DNA from: Sphingobacteriales bacterium 50-39
GTDB taxonomy: Bacteria > Bacteroidota > Bacteroidia > Chitinophagales > Chitinophagaceae
DNA length: 64,000 bases
Direction of reading: 5' to 3'
Assembly (NCBI GenBank): GCA_001898505.1
Contig: MKTZ01000021.1
Location: forward strand, 39,151-103,150
The notes beneath the pieces were generated by a model. The model did not search any database. It had not been told where the DNA came from and was given only the letters and a program-made list of their open reading frames with translations. Positions 56,260 through 64,000 of the stretch are shown piece by piece; positions within the stretch are counted from its first letter, which is position 1; each line of letters begins with the position of its first letter. The position numbers were made by a program, and so were the translations under genes.

Positions 56260-58110
56260 ATGAAGTTGCAATTACCGGATCTCGTTATCATCGCTGCCTA
56301 TCTACTCACGATGGTTGTCATAGGCTGGGTCTTACGGAAAAAGGCCAGGCTGAACAAAGAGAATTACCTGTTAGGTGGGAAGTCCCTTCCCTGGTATATG
56401 TTAGGGCTAAGTGATGCATCCGACATGTTCGATATTTCGGGAACGATGTGGATGGTGAGCCTGTGCTTTGTATATGGTATGAAAAGTATCTGGATACCCT
56501 GGCTCTGGCCGGTGTTCAACCAGGTGTTCATGATGATGTACCTGGCGCGCTGGCTGCGGAGATCCAATGCTACGACGGGTGCGGAATGGCTGGCCACGCG
56601 ATTTGGTACAACGGGCCGGGGTGTACGTTCTTCCCATAATATCGTCGTTGCGTTTGCGCTGCTGAGCTGTCTGGGATTTATGGCCTACGGCTTTGTCGGC
56701 CTTGGCAAGTTCGTTCAGATATTCATACCCTGGGATATCGTAAATCCCTATGTTCCGTTCCATGTGGCTCCGGAGTATGTGCCGCACTTCTACGGTATCA
56801 TCTTTACGCTCTTTGCCATGTTCTATTCCATTCTGGGTGGCATGCACAGCATTGTGCTGGGAGATGTGATCAAATACGGGATCATGACCATCGCCTGTAT
56901 CAGTATCGCGGTCATTGCCATGATGAGGCTCAAGGGGGGGCATTTAAATGTTCCCCGGGGATGGCTCAACCCCTTTTTTGGTGTAAGACTGGATCTCGAC
57001 TGGCGTACTATTCTACCGGATGCGGATAAAAAAATAGATAGTGATGGCTACTCGCTTTTCAGCGTCTTTTTTATGATGATGCTGTTCAAGGGTGTCTTTG
57101 CCAGCCTGGCGGGCCCTACGCCCAACTATGACATGCAAAAGGCGCTTAGTACCCGGAGCCCACAGGAGGCAAGCAAGATGAGCGGTTTTGTATCCATTAT
57201 CCTGCTGCCGGTACGCTACTGTATGATCATTGGGCTCACGGTGCTGGCCCTGTTGTATTACAACCAGGTCAGCGGCGATCTGCAGACCGGCGGGGGAACG
57301 GACTTTGAAAAAATATTGCCTGCTACGATCAACGCCTTTTTGCCCGTAGGTATAATGGGGCTGGTGTTGACGGGATTGCTGGGCGCCTTCATGGGGACAT
57401 TCTCCGGTACTCTCAATGCGGCACAGGCTTATTTGGTCAATGATATTTATTTGAAATATGTCAATCCTCGCGCCTCTACGCGTAAGATCATTTCTATGAA
57501 CTATGTCGCGGGACTGCTGGTGGTTGTCACTGGCGTCGCGCTGGGAATGTTTGTAAAGGATGTGAATACGGTGCTCCAATGGATCGTGTCGGGGCTGTAT
57601 GGCGGATATGTGGCTGCCAATATGCTGAAATGGCATTGGTGGAGATTTAACGCCAGTGGTTTTTACTGGGGTATGCTGGCGGGTATCATACCTGCGATAG
57701 CGCTGGCTGTACTGAAGTCGAGGGGATGGCTCCATGGGCTGGACCTTTATTACTGGCCCATTCTCTTTGTGCTATCCCTGGCGGGTTCCATCCTGGGGAG
57801 CTATGCCGCGCCTCCTACGGAAGAGGCTGTGCTGCTATCGTTCTACAGGACGGTGCGGCCGTGGGGTTTCTGGAAACCTATTCATGAAAAGGTGGTGAGG
57901 GAAGATCCTTTCTTTAAGGGGAATAAGAATTTCCGTACCGACATCTTCAATATCTCATTGGGCATGATAGGGCAGCTCTGTCTGACCATCCTGCCTATGT
58001 ATATCGTGTTATGGCTAAAGGGCCCGCTTTTTATTACCGTGGCCTTGCTCTTGATTATTTGTTTGATCCTTAAAAAGACGTGGTGGGACCGGCTGGAGGA
58101 AACCACCTGA
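56260..58110 (+). CDS. sodium:solute symporter (SSF) family transporter
   Basis: 616 aa, ~14 TM helices, conserved SSF N-terminal pattern. Confidence 0.85.
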   Translation: MKLQLPDLVIIAAYLLTMVVIGWVLRKKARLNKENYLLGGKSLPWYMLGLSDASDMFDISGTMWMVSLCFVYGMKSIWIPWLWPVFNQVFMMMYLARWLRRSNATTGAEWLATRFGTTGRGVRSSHNIVVAFALLSCLGFMAYGFVGLGKFVQIFIPWDIVNPYVPFHVAPEYVPHFYGIIFTLFAMFYSILGGMHSIVLGDVIKYGIMTIACISIAVIAMMRLKGGHLNVPRGWLNPFFGVRLDLDWRTILPDADKKIDSDGYSLFSVFFMMMLFKGVFASLAGPTPNYDMQKALSTRSPQEASKMSGFVSIILLPVRYCMIIGLTVLALLYYNQVSGDLQTGGGTDFEKILPATINAFLPVGIMGLVLTGLLGAFMGTFSGTLNAAQAYLVNDIYLKYVNPRASTRKIISMNYVAGLLVVVTGVALGMFVKDVNTVLQWIVSGLYGGYVAANMLKWHWWRFNASGFYWGMLAGIIPAIALAVLKSRGWLHGLDLYYWPILFVLSLAGSILGSYAAPPTEEAVLLSFYRTVRPWGFWKPIHEKVVREDPFFKGNKNFRTDIFNISLGMIGQLCLTILPMYIVLWLKGPLFITVALLLIICLILKKTWWDRLEETT

Positions 58111-58164
58111 ACCGGAGACGGCCCTGGCCGGGTAGCCGACGGGCCGTCAATAAAATTTGACAAC

Positions 58165-59379
58165 ATGAAGAATGCTTTTAAGAAAAGACTGGCGGATCTC
58201 AATGAGAAACATGCGGCCCTGCTGAGCCGGCCCAATGAGATCAGTGGAATAGGTAATGGCATATACGATCGCTGGAAGAACCCTGTGCTGACAGCTGCTC
58301 ATACTCCGTTGTTCTGGCGGTACGATCTCAATGAGAAGACCAATCCGTACCTAATGGAACGATTTGGCATCAATGGGGTCTTCAATGCCGGCGCGATCAA
58401 ATGGCAGGATGGTTATGTGCTGATGGCCCGTGTGGAGGGCGCCGACAGGAAATCATTCTTTGCCATTGCGGAAAGCCCCAATGGAGTGGATCAGTTCAGG
58501 TTTTGGGATTCGCCGGTGCATATGCCGGGTAATGGGCACGAAGAGGTAAATATTTATGACATACGTCTGACCCGTCATGAAGATGGATATGTATATGGGT
58601 TGTTTTGTACAGAAAGGAAGGACCCCTCGGCGGCGGCCTCGGACCAGGCTTCTGCCATCGCACAATGTGGGATCGCACGTACAAAGGACCTTATTAATTG
58701 GGAGAGACTGGCTGATCTGCAAACGCTTTCTCCCCAGCAGCGCAACGTGGTGTTGCATCCGGAACTGGTGAAAGGAAAGTATGCTTTTTATACCCGGCCA
58801 CAGGATGGGTTTATTGACACCGGTAGCGGGGGCGGTATTGGCTTGGGGCTCTCCGACTCCATTACGCACGCGGCGGTAAAAGAGGAAGTGATCATCGATC
58901 CCCGGGTGTACCACACGATCAATGAAGCAAAGAATGGATTGGGACCTGCCCCCATCAAGACCCGTATGGGCTGGCTCCATCTGGCCCATGGTGTTCGCCA
59001 TACGGCGGCGGGGCTTCGCTATACCCTTTACCTGTTTATGACGGACCTCCATGATATTGGTAAGGTCATTTACCGGCCGGCGGGGTACTTTATCGCGCCC
59101 AGAGGAGAGGAGAGGGTAGGTGATGTATCCAATGTGGTCTTTTCCAATGGCTGGATCGCAGACGAGGATGGAACCGTATTTATCTATTATGCATCTTCCG
59201 ATACACGCATGCATGTGGCGACCTCTACGATAGAGAAGCTGCTGGATTATGTAGTTAATACACCTTCGGACAGCCATCATTCTGCTGGTTCCGTGAATAC
59301 GCTGCAACAAATTATCGATAACAATAAGGGGTTGGTTGGTCCAATGGACCACAGGTCCATCGCCGGTAACCGAGTGTAA
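58165..59379 (+). CDS. glycoside hydrolase family 130 protein (beta-mannoside phosphorylase-like)
   Basis: 404 aa five-bladed beta-propeller pattern with GH130 signature regions ([28 protein letters not shown]). Adjacent to the SSF transporter, as in mannan-utilisation loci. Confidence 0.75.
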   Translation: MKNAFKKRLADLNEKHAALLSRPNEISGIGNGIYDRWKNPVLTAAHTPLFWRYDLNEKTNPYLMERFGINGVFNAGAIKWQDGYVLMARVEGADRKSFFAIAESPNGVDQFRFWDSPVHMPGNGHEEVNIYDIRLTRHEDGYVYGLFCTERKDPSAAASDQASAIAQCGIARTKDLINWERLADLQTLSPQQRNVVLHPELVKGKYAFYTRPQDGFIDTGSGGGIGLGLSDSITHAAVKEEVIIDPRVYHTINEAKNGLGPAPIKTRMGWLHLAHGVRHTAAGLRYTLYLFMTDLHDIGKVIYRPAGYFIAPRGEERVGDVSNVVFSNGWIADEDGTVFIYYASSDTRMHVATSTIEKLLDYVVNTPSDSHHSAGSVNTLQQIIDNNKGLVGPMDHRSIAGNRV

Positions 59380-59455
59380 CGAAGGTTACGACCGCACCCG
59401 AGGTACGAAGGGTACGAACGAGAAGGACCGTGTCGAAGCAGACCTGACGAAACTT
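59366..59455. repeat. intergenic repeat element, copy 2 (overlaps the last codons and stop of the GH130 gene)
   Basis: Shares cgaaggttacgaccg and ccgtgtcgaagcag blocks with 34074-34183. The element's gtaaccgagtgtaa supplies the final codons and TAA stop of the GH130 ORF. Confidence 0.45.
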
Positions 59456-59518
59456 CTCAGACCTTAGATAGTCTGGACATTTTGGTGTAGGTTTGGGAAA
59501 AGAAAACTTTAAACAGCT

Positions 59519-60220
59519 ATGCGACTCAAACGAACCAACTTGTCCGGACATTTAATTCGGGCGGCCTTGGTGCTCCTGCTTTTCACTTTCGTCACATCGA
59601 TGATCCGCAAAAAACCTATTCGTGTTGTATTCTTTGGCGATAGCATCACCCAACAAGGCGCTCAGCCCGGGGGGTATATTGTTAAAATGAAAGAAGCCCT
59701 GGAAAAAGCTGGAAGAGGCAGCGACTTCGACCTCATCGGCGCGGGCATCGGCGGCAATAAGGTATATGATCTCTATCTCCGTATGGATGAAGATGTCATT
59801 GCGCAGAAGCCGGACATTGTAGTCATCTGGATCGGTGTCAACGACGTCTGGCACAAAGCTTCCTCCGGCACGGGTACGGATGCGGACAAGTTCGAGAAGT
59901 TTTATATAGCCATCATCAATAAATTGCGGGACAAGGGGATAAAAGTGATCCTCTGTACGCCTGCCGTCATTGGAGAAAGGGCCGACTTCACCAACATGCA
60001 GGATGGAGACCTGAACTATTATTCACAGATCATACGCAACCTGGCACAGAAATTCAAGTGCGGGCTTATCGACCTTCGGGAAACATTCCATAATTATGAG
60101 CTGAAGAACAACCCTGGCAATAAGGAGTCAGGGATCCTTACCAGGGACAGGGTGCATTTGAACGATGCGGGCAATCAGCTGGTGGCGGAGAAGATGCAGG
60201 AAGTGCTGGATGCGAAGTAA
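59519..60220 (+). CDS. SGNH/GDSL hydrolase family protein
   Basis: GDS block (VVFFGDSIT). Conserved G block (GIGGN). DxxH near C-terminus (DRVHLNDAG). Confidence 0.8.
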   Translation: MRLKRTNLSGHLIRAALVLLLFTFVTSMIRKKPIRVVFFGDSITQQGAQPGGYIVKMKEALEKAGRGSDFDLIGAGIGGNKVYDLYLRMDEDVIAQKPDIVVIWIGVNDVWHKASSGTGTDADKFEKFYIAIINKLRDKGIKVILCTPAVIGERADFTNMQDGDLNYYSQIIRNLAQKFKCGLIDLRETFHNYELKNNPGNKESGILTRDRVHLNDAGNQLVAEKMQEVLDAK

Positions 60221-60268
60221 GCGCCCTTCCGCCCTGTGAGACCGATCAAATTTCTTAAACTTTCAATT

Positions 60269-60931
60269 ATGGCCAAGACAGTCATCATTACGGGCGCCAA
60301 TGGCAACCTGGGCGTTGCCGCGGTAAAGAAGTTCTTAGATACAGGATATAAGGTCATCGCCGTAGATCATATGGGAACGCACCTGGGTTTTGCCGCAAGC
60401 CACGACAATTTCGAGCTTAGGGATGTCGATCTCAGCGATGAGGGGGCGACGGAAGACTTTATTAATGAAGCGATCAGTCTCTACGGCCGTATTGACGGAG
60501 CTCTTTTGTTGGCGGGAGGTTTTGCTATGGGGGACGCTGCGGTGACAGATGGGGCTGCGATGAGGAAGATGTATTCCCTGAATTTTGAAACCGGGTGGTT
60601 TGTGGCCCGTCCTTTGTTCCAGCATATGTTGCAGAATGGTTTTGGGCGTCTGGTATTTATGGGAGCGCGTACGGCGCTGAGACCAGAGGCGGGGAAGGGT
60701 GCTATGGCCTATGCGCTCACCAAGCGGATGCTTTTCAATCTGGCTGATCTGTTGAATGCGTCAGCAAAGGGGAAGAATGTGCTGGCTTCTGTGCTGGCTC
60801 CGGGCACTATCGACACGGCGCTCAACAGGCAGAGCATGCCAGATGCGGATACGGGCAATTGGATAGAACCATCGCAATTAGCGGATATATTGGAGCTGAT
60901 CTGTAGTGGGAAAGAAGTTTCTTTACAATAA
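60269..60931 (+). CDS. SDR family oxidoreductase
   Basis: Start MAKTVIITGANGNLGVAAVKKF (Rossmann GxxxGxG). The ORF is open from 60236. Confidence 0.75.
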   Translation: MAKTVIITGANGNLGVAAVKKFLDTGYKVIAVDHMGTHLGFAASHDNFELRDVDLSDEGATEDFINEAISLYGRIDGALLLAGGFAMGDAAVTDGAAMRKMYSLNFETGWFVARPLFQHMLQNGFGRLVFMGARTALRPEAGKGAMAYALTKRMLFNLADLLNASAKGKNVLASVLAPGTIDTALNRQSMPDADTGNWIEPSQLADILELICSGKEVSLQ

Positions 60932-60987
60932 AAATGGGCCGTATGGGCCCCATGACAAATTTGCCCGTCGTTAGACGGGCAAATTTG
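60932..60987. terminator. convergent-gene terminator region with two hairpins
   Basis: Read on the minus strand, gggcc-cauac-ggccc followed by AUUUUU lies 3' of the 60989-61300 gene. Beside it sits a perfect 14-bp inverted repeat, caaatttgcccgtc-gtta-gacgggcaaatttg. Confidence 0.5.
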
Positions 60988-60988
60988 T

Positions 60989-61300
60989 TTACACAGTTAG
61001 CACGCTGTTCCATCCAGTGACCCCGTCCGGCTCCCTCAGGGGATTTTCGATGTCTTCCATCCACATCTTGTCGTCAATGAGGAATCTGTAATAATACTTT
61101 CCGTGCGGCAACATGGGAATGGAGATCTTCCATCCACCTCCTTTAGCTTTCTCAGGCATCATCTGCAGCTCATCTGTAGCCCAATGATTAAAACTGCCCG
61201 CCAAAGAAATGTGTCTACAGGCGGCTGCATTCAAATGATGGACATAAAACTCGATTGTTTTCTTTCGCCTGTTGATATAAGGCGATTCGCGTAGTTTCAT
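60989..61300 (-). CDS. CBM48 / glycogen-binding (AMPK-beta-like, isoamylase N-terminal) domain protein
   Basis: 103 aa. Beta-sandwich pattern (VEFYVHHLNAAACRHISLAGSFNHWAT...GKYYYRFLIDD) characteristic of CBM48. Confidence 0.55.
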   Translation of the reverse strand: MKLRESPYINRRKKTIEFYVHHLNAAACRHISLAGSFNHWATDELQMMPEKAKGGGWKISIPMLPHGKYYYRFLIDDKMWMEDIENPLREPDGVTGWNSVLTV

Positions 61301-61671
61301 AGCAACCCCCTTTTTTTAGATTTTAAATATGCAGCTTTCACAAGGGCAGGGCCTTAAGCTTACAGAACGAACTTCGGTTCATAGTCCGACTGTGCCCGCA
61401 TACTGGCGGGAGGACAGATCTTAGACGGCCGATCGGATTATAGCAAGCAATCCGTTGGTGGTTTATACAGTATAGAGTTTGGGAAAGGTTACAAAATTTA
61501 CACTTTTTTTCCTCATAAAGCAAGAATCACGGTTATTTATTTGCTAAATCGGTTTAATTCTTTTTTAATGTCTTCGGGCGTCCGCAGACCCGTCAATTGA
61601 ACTATATTACAGACTTCCGATGGCCGTTCCATCCAGAAAGGAGGGACGGTAGGAGAATAGCTAAGAACACT

Positions 61672-62364
61672 ATGGTAGACACTAAGATCTTGTTAGTCGA
61701 GGACGAAAAAAAGATAGCGGAGACCCTGCGCAAGGGATTGACCGAACAGCATTATGAAGTGGACGTAGCCTATGATGGGCTCGCTGGTAAAAAGCTTTTC
61801 GATACCAACACCTACGATCTGGCAATCCTGGATATCAACCTTCCCCTGATGAATGGGTATGACCTGGCGCGTCATATCCGCCAAACCAATGAGGACATAT
61901 TGGTGATCATGCTCACTGCCATGAATACGACCGAGGATAAGATCGAGGGTTTCGAGGCTGGGGCGGATGACTATATCGTAAAACCTTTCGATTTCCAGGA
62001 GCTGCTGGTCCGCATCCGGGCCCTCCTCAAGCGGCTCCATCACCAGCCGGCGGCAGGCGTCAATATTCTGAAAGTGGGGGACCTCGTCATGAACCTGGAC
62101 AGTAAGGAAGTGACCCGGGAAGGCCGGAACATTCCTCTGACGGCCAAAGAATTCCAGTTGCTGGAATACCTCATACGGAACAAGAATAAAGTGGTGTCCC
62201 GTATCGACATCGCCATGAATGTATGGGACATCGACTTTGACACCAAGACCAATGTCATCGACGTGTATGTAAATTTCCTCCGGAAAAAGATTGAAAAAGA
62301 CTTTTCTTCCAAACTTATCTATACCCAGGTGGGCATGGGATACGTTCTGAAGGAAAACCCCTGA
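61672..62364 (+). CDS. OmpR-family two-component response regulator
   Basis: Receiver domain with phospho-acceptor context (AILDINLP). Winged-helix output (LTAKEFQLLEYLIRN...TQVGMGYVLKE). Start MVDTKILLVEDE. Confidence 0.85.
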   Translation: MVDTKILLVEDEKKIAETLRKGLTEQHYEVDVAYDGLAGKKLFDTNTYDLAILDINLPLMNGYDLARHIRQTNEDILVIMLTAMNTTEDKIEGFEAGADDYIVKPFDFQELLVRIRALLKRLHHQPAAGVNILKVGDLVMNLDSKEVTREGRNIPLTAKEFQLLEYLIRNKNKVVSRIDIAMNVWDIDFDTKTNVIDVYVNFLRKKIEKDFSSKLIYTQVGMGYVLKENP

Positions 62365-62400
62365 GGAGACATCTCCGAAGGGGGCTAGAACTCCTAATTT

Positions 62401-63780
62401 GTGAAGATCCGTTATAAAATAATGTTGTTGTTCACGCTGCTGGTCACGGCCATCATTTCGCTGTTGACATGGGGGGTCTATTACTTTTCCAGCCTGGAAA
62501 GGGTGCAGGTCTTCAACAAACGTCTCCGGTCACGCGCCACCTATAACTCCCAGTTCTATGCCCTTATGGGCGACAGCGCCTTTGACTTTATGCGCCGGAT
62601 GGATACCACGGGCGGCCTTTTGCCTTCCCGGAGTCTTGGCATTTATACAGATGGCGGAAAAATACTTTATAAGTACGATGCGCCCGGCAGCCTGCCCCTT
62701 ACTGTAACCCCGGACATTCTTCAGGAGGCGAAGGAGAAGGGAGAAAAATATTTTTCCCTCGATGAGCGGGAGGCGATCGCCCTTCATCGCGAGACCAAGC
62801 AGAGGGACTTTATCATTGTAGTGGCCGGGTTTGACGAGGATGGCAGGGAAAGAGTGGGGACTCTGAATGAGATACTTCTTCTCAGCCTGGTCGTTGGGGT
62901 CTGTCTTACCGCCCTGGTCAGCTATCTCTTTACGGGTCAGCTGCTCCGTCCCCTGACGCAAATCATCCGGGAGGTGAAGGAGATATCCTCTTATGATCTC
63001 TCCCAGCGTCTGCGTGCCGGCGCTGGCCAGGATGAGCTTAGTCAGCTTGCCAATACATTCAATGAACTGCTGGAGCGTCTGCAGGAGTCCTTTGCTATCC
63101 AGCGAAGATTTATATCGAACGCTTCGCATGAGCTTTCCACCCCTCTGACATCGGTGTCCAGCCAGGTGGAAGTGGCCCTGCAGAAGGAAAGGAATGCGGA
63201 GGAATACAAACAAGTACTCTCTTCTGTACAGGAAGATGTCCAACAGATGCGGCAGCTTACCAAGAGCCTCCTTGAAATAGCCAAGACGGGCTCGCAGGGA
63301 GGTATCGAGCTCAACGAGGTGAGGGTGGATGAGGTCTTGCTGAAAGTGACGGCCGATGTAAAAAGGCTGAGTCCGGAATATAAGGTAGAGCTCAACTTTG
63401 GAGAGTTTCCGGAAGAGGAAAAGGATTGCGTAGTATTCGGTAATAGCGAGCTGTTATATATAGCAATAAAAAATATAGTAGAAAATGGGTGTAAGTACTC
63501 TTCCGACAAGACATCGGTGGTAGACCTTTCCTTCTCCGCACATAAACTGTTCGTAGAAGTAGTGAACCAGGGGGATGTCATTGCCGCGGAAGAGATTCAA
63601 CAGATATTCCAACCTTTCTATCGCGGGTCGGGCACGGGCAGCACGAGGGGGTTTGGTCTTGGCCTGGCTTTGGCTCAACGTATCATCGCCCTTCACAAGG
63701 GTTTTATCCAGGTGAGGTCGGATATGGACACTGGGACCAATTTCACCATTGAAATGCCTTCTATAAAAATTTTCAATTGA
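62401..63780 (+). CDS. sensor histidine kinase (partner of the preceding response regulator)
   Basis: Two TM helices flanking a periplasmic sensor. HAMP. HisKA H-box (NASHELSTPLTS). HATPase_c N, G1 and G2 boxes (ENGCKYS, GFGLGLAL). Confidence 0.85.
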   Translation: MKIRYKIMLLFTLLVTAIISLLTWGVYYFSSLERVQVFNKRLRSRATYNSQFYALMGDSAFDFMRRMDTTGGLLPSRSLGIYTDGGKILYKYDAPGSLPLTVTPDILQEAKEKGEKYFSLDEREAIALHRETKQRDFIIVVAGFDEDGRERVGTLNEILLLSLVVGVCLTALVSYLFTGQLLRPLTQIIREVKEISSYDLSQRLRAGAGQDELSQLANTFNELLERLQESFAIQRRFISNASHELSTPLTSVSSQVEVALQKERNAEEYKQVLSSVQEDVQQMRQLTKSLLEIAKTGSQGGIELNEVRVDEVLLKVTADVKRLSPEYKVELNFGEFPEEEKDCVVFGNSELLYIAIKNIVENGCKYSSDKTSVVDLSFSAHKLFVEVVNQGDVIAAEEIQQIFQPFYRGSGTGSTRGFGLGLALAQRIIALHKGFIQVRSDMDTGTNFTIEMPSIKIFN

Positions 63781-63910
63781 GGCTGCTGCCTGTCCGGGGC
63801 GGGTCGTCAGGGGTTTTTGTTAATGTCCAATTGCGTCCTCTTTTTTAATACGTGTTTAATGCCTGTCCGGCAACGATGGCCTAGTTTTGGCAACCTGCAG
63901 CGAGGCCAAT

Positions 63911-64000
63911 GAACAAGTTATTCAACCATATGCTGGTGCCGGTGGATCAGGAAGATGAGGAGGGCATTGTGCAACAAGCGCTTCACATGGCTGACTGTTT
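63911..64000 (+). CDS. possible universal stress protein (UspA family), N-terminal fragment running off the window
   Basis: MNKLFNHMLVPVDQEDEEG... resembles the UspA N-terminal strand (xILVPVDxS). Only 30 codons are visible. Confidence 0.3.

Noticed and set aside
1-64000. CRISPR arrays, integrases, transposases or other canonical mobile-element genes
   Set aside because: I scanned for spaced direct repeats and for recombinase, transposase or DDE motifs and found none. Mobility of the 25.5-34.2 kb block therefore remains unsupported.

Overview
This 64-kb window is a Bacteroidota-type chromosomal segment; the SusC/SusD pair, lipoprotein signal peptides and near-absence of Shine-Dalgarno sequences support that. 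Moderate GC, densely coded on both strands.

Ordinary content:
- A SusC/SusD polysaccharide-utilisation-type locus (2723-13124) that also carries two large FG-GAP/ASPIC-UnbV (CRTAC1-like) lipoproteins, an upstream LacI-family regulator with an SDR oxidoreductase, and an IPT/TIG plus LamG lipoprotein.
- Regulators: two ECF sigma factors (one with a YCII partner) and two AraC regulators.
- Transport: an NhaP antiporter, an SSF symporter and a five-gene ABC / substrate-binding-OmpA operon.
- Enzymes: a sulfatase, a GH130 phosphorylase, SGNH and alpha/beta hydrolases, a desaturase and a transglutaminase/DUF3857 pair.
- One intact OmpR/histidine-kinase two-component pair (61672-63780) plus a frameshifted, truncated paralogous pair (35918-37106).

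The interesting region is 25.2-34.2 kb:
- A structured intergenic stretch with two strong intrinsic terminators precedes a tRNA cluster of two canonical tRNAs and two degenerate tRNA-like copies.
- Next comes a translationally coupled AAA ATPase plus a small predicted RNase-H-fold protein.
- A WYL-domain regulator is transcribed divergently from rsr (Ro60/TROVE-vWA), with a 6-bp inverted-repeat operator candidate in the shared intergenic region.
- Directly downstream of rsr lies an ~800-nt array of at least five tRNA-like RNA modules; three share a conserved 5' motif and two are circularly permuted T-arm / acceptor-hairpin / D-arm units, the architecture expected of bacterial YrlA-type Y RNAs.
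- A TM-less SPFH/band-7 protein and rtcB (RNA ligase) follow, closed by a terminator.

This is best read as a WYL-controlled Ro-Y RNA-RtcB RNA repair/quality-control locus with an unusually rich Y-RNA array. The adjacent AAA/RNase-H-like pair is a candidate undescribed companion module.

Separately, a ~90-nt repeat element occurs twice, each time at the 3' end of a gene (rtcB and the GH130 gene; it supplies the GH130 stop codon).
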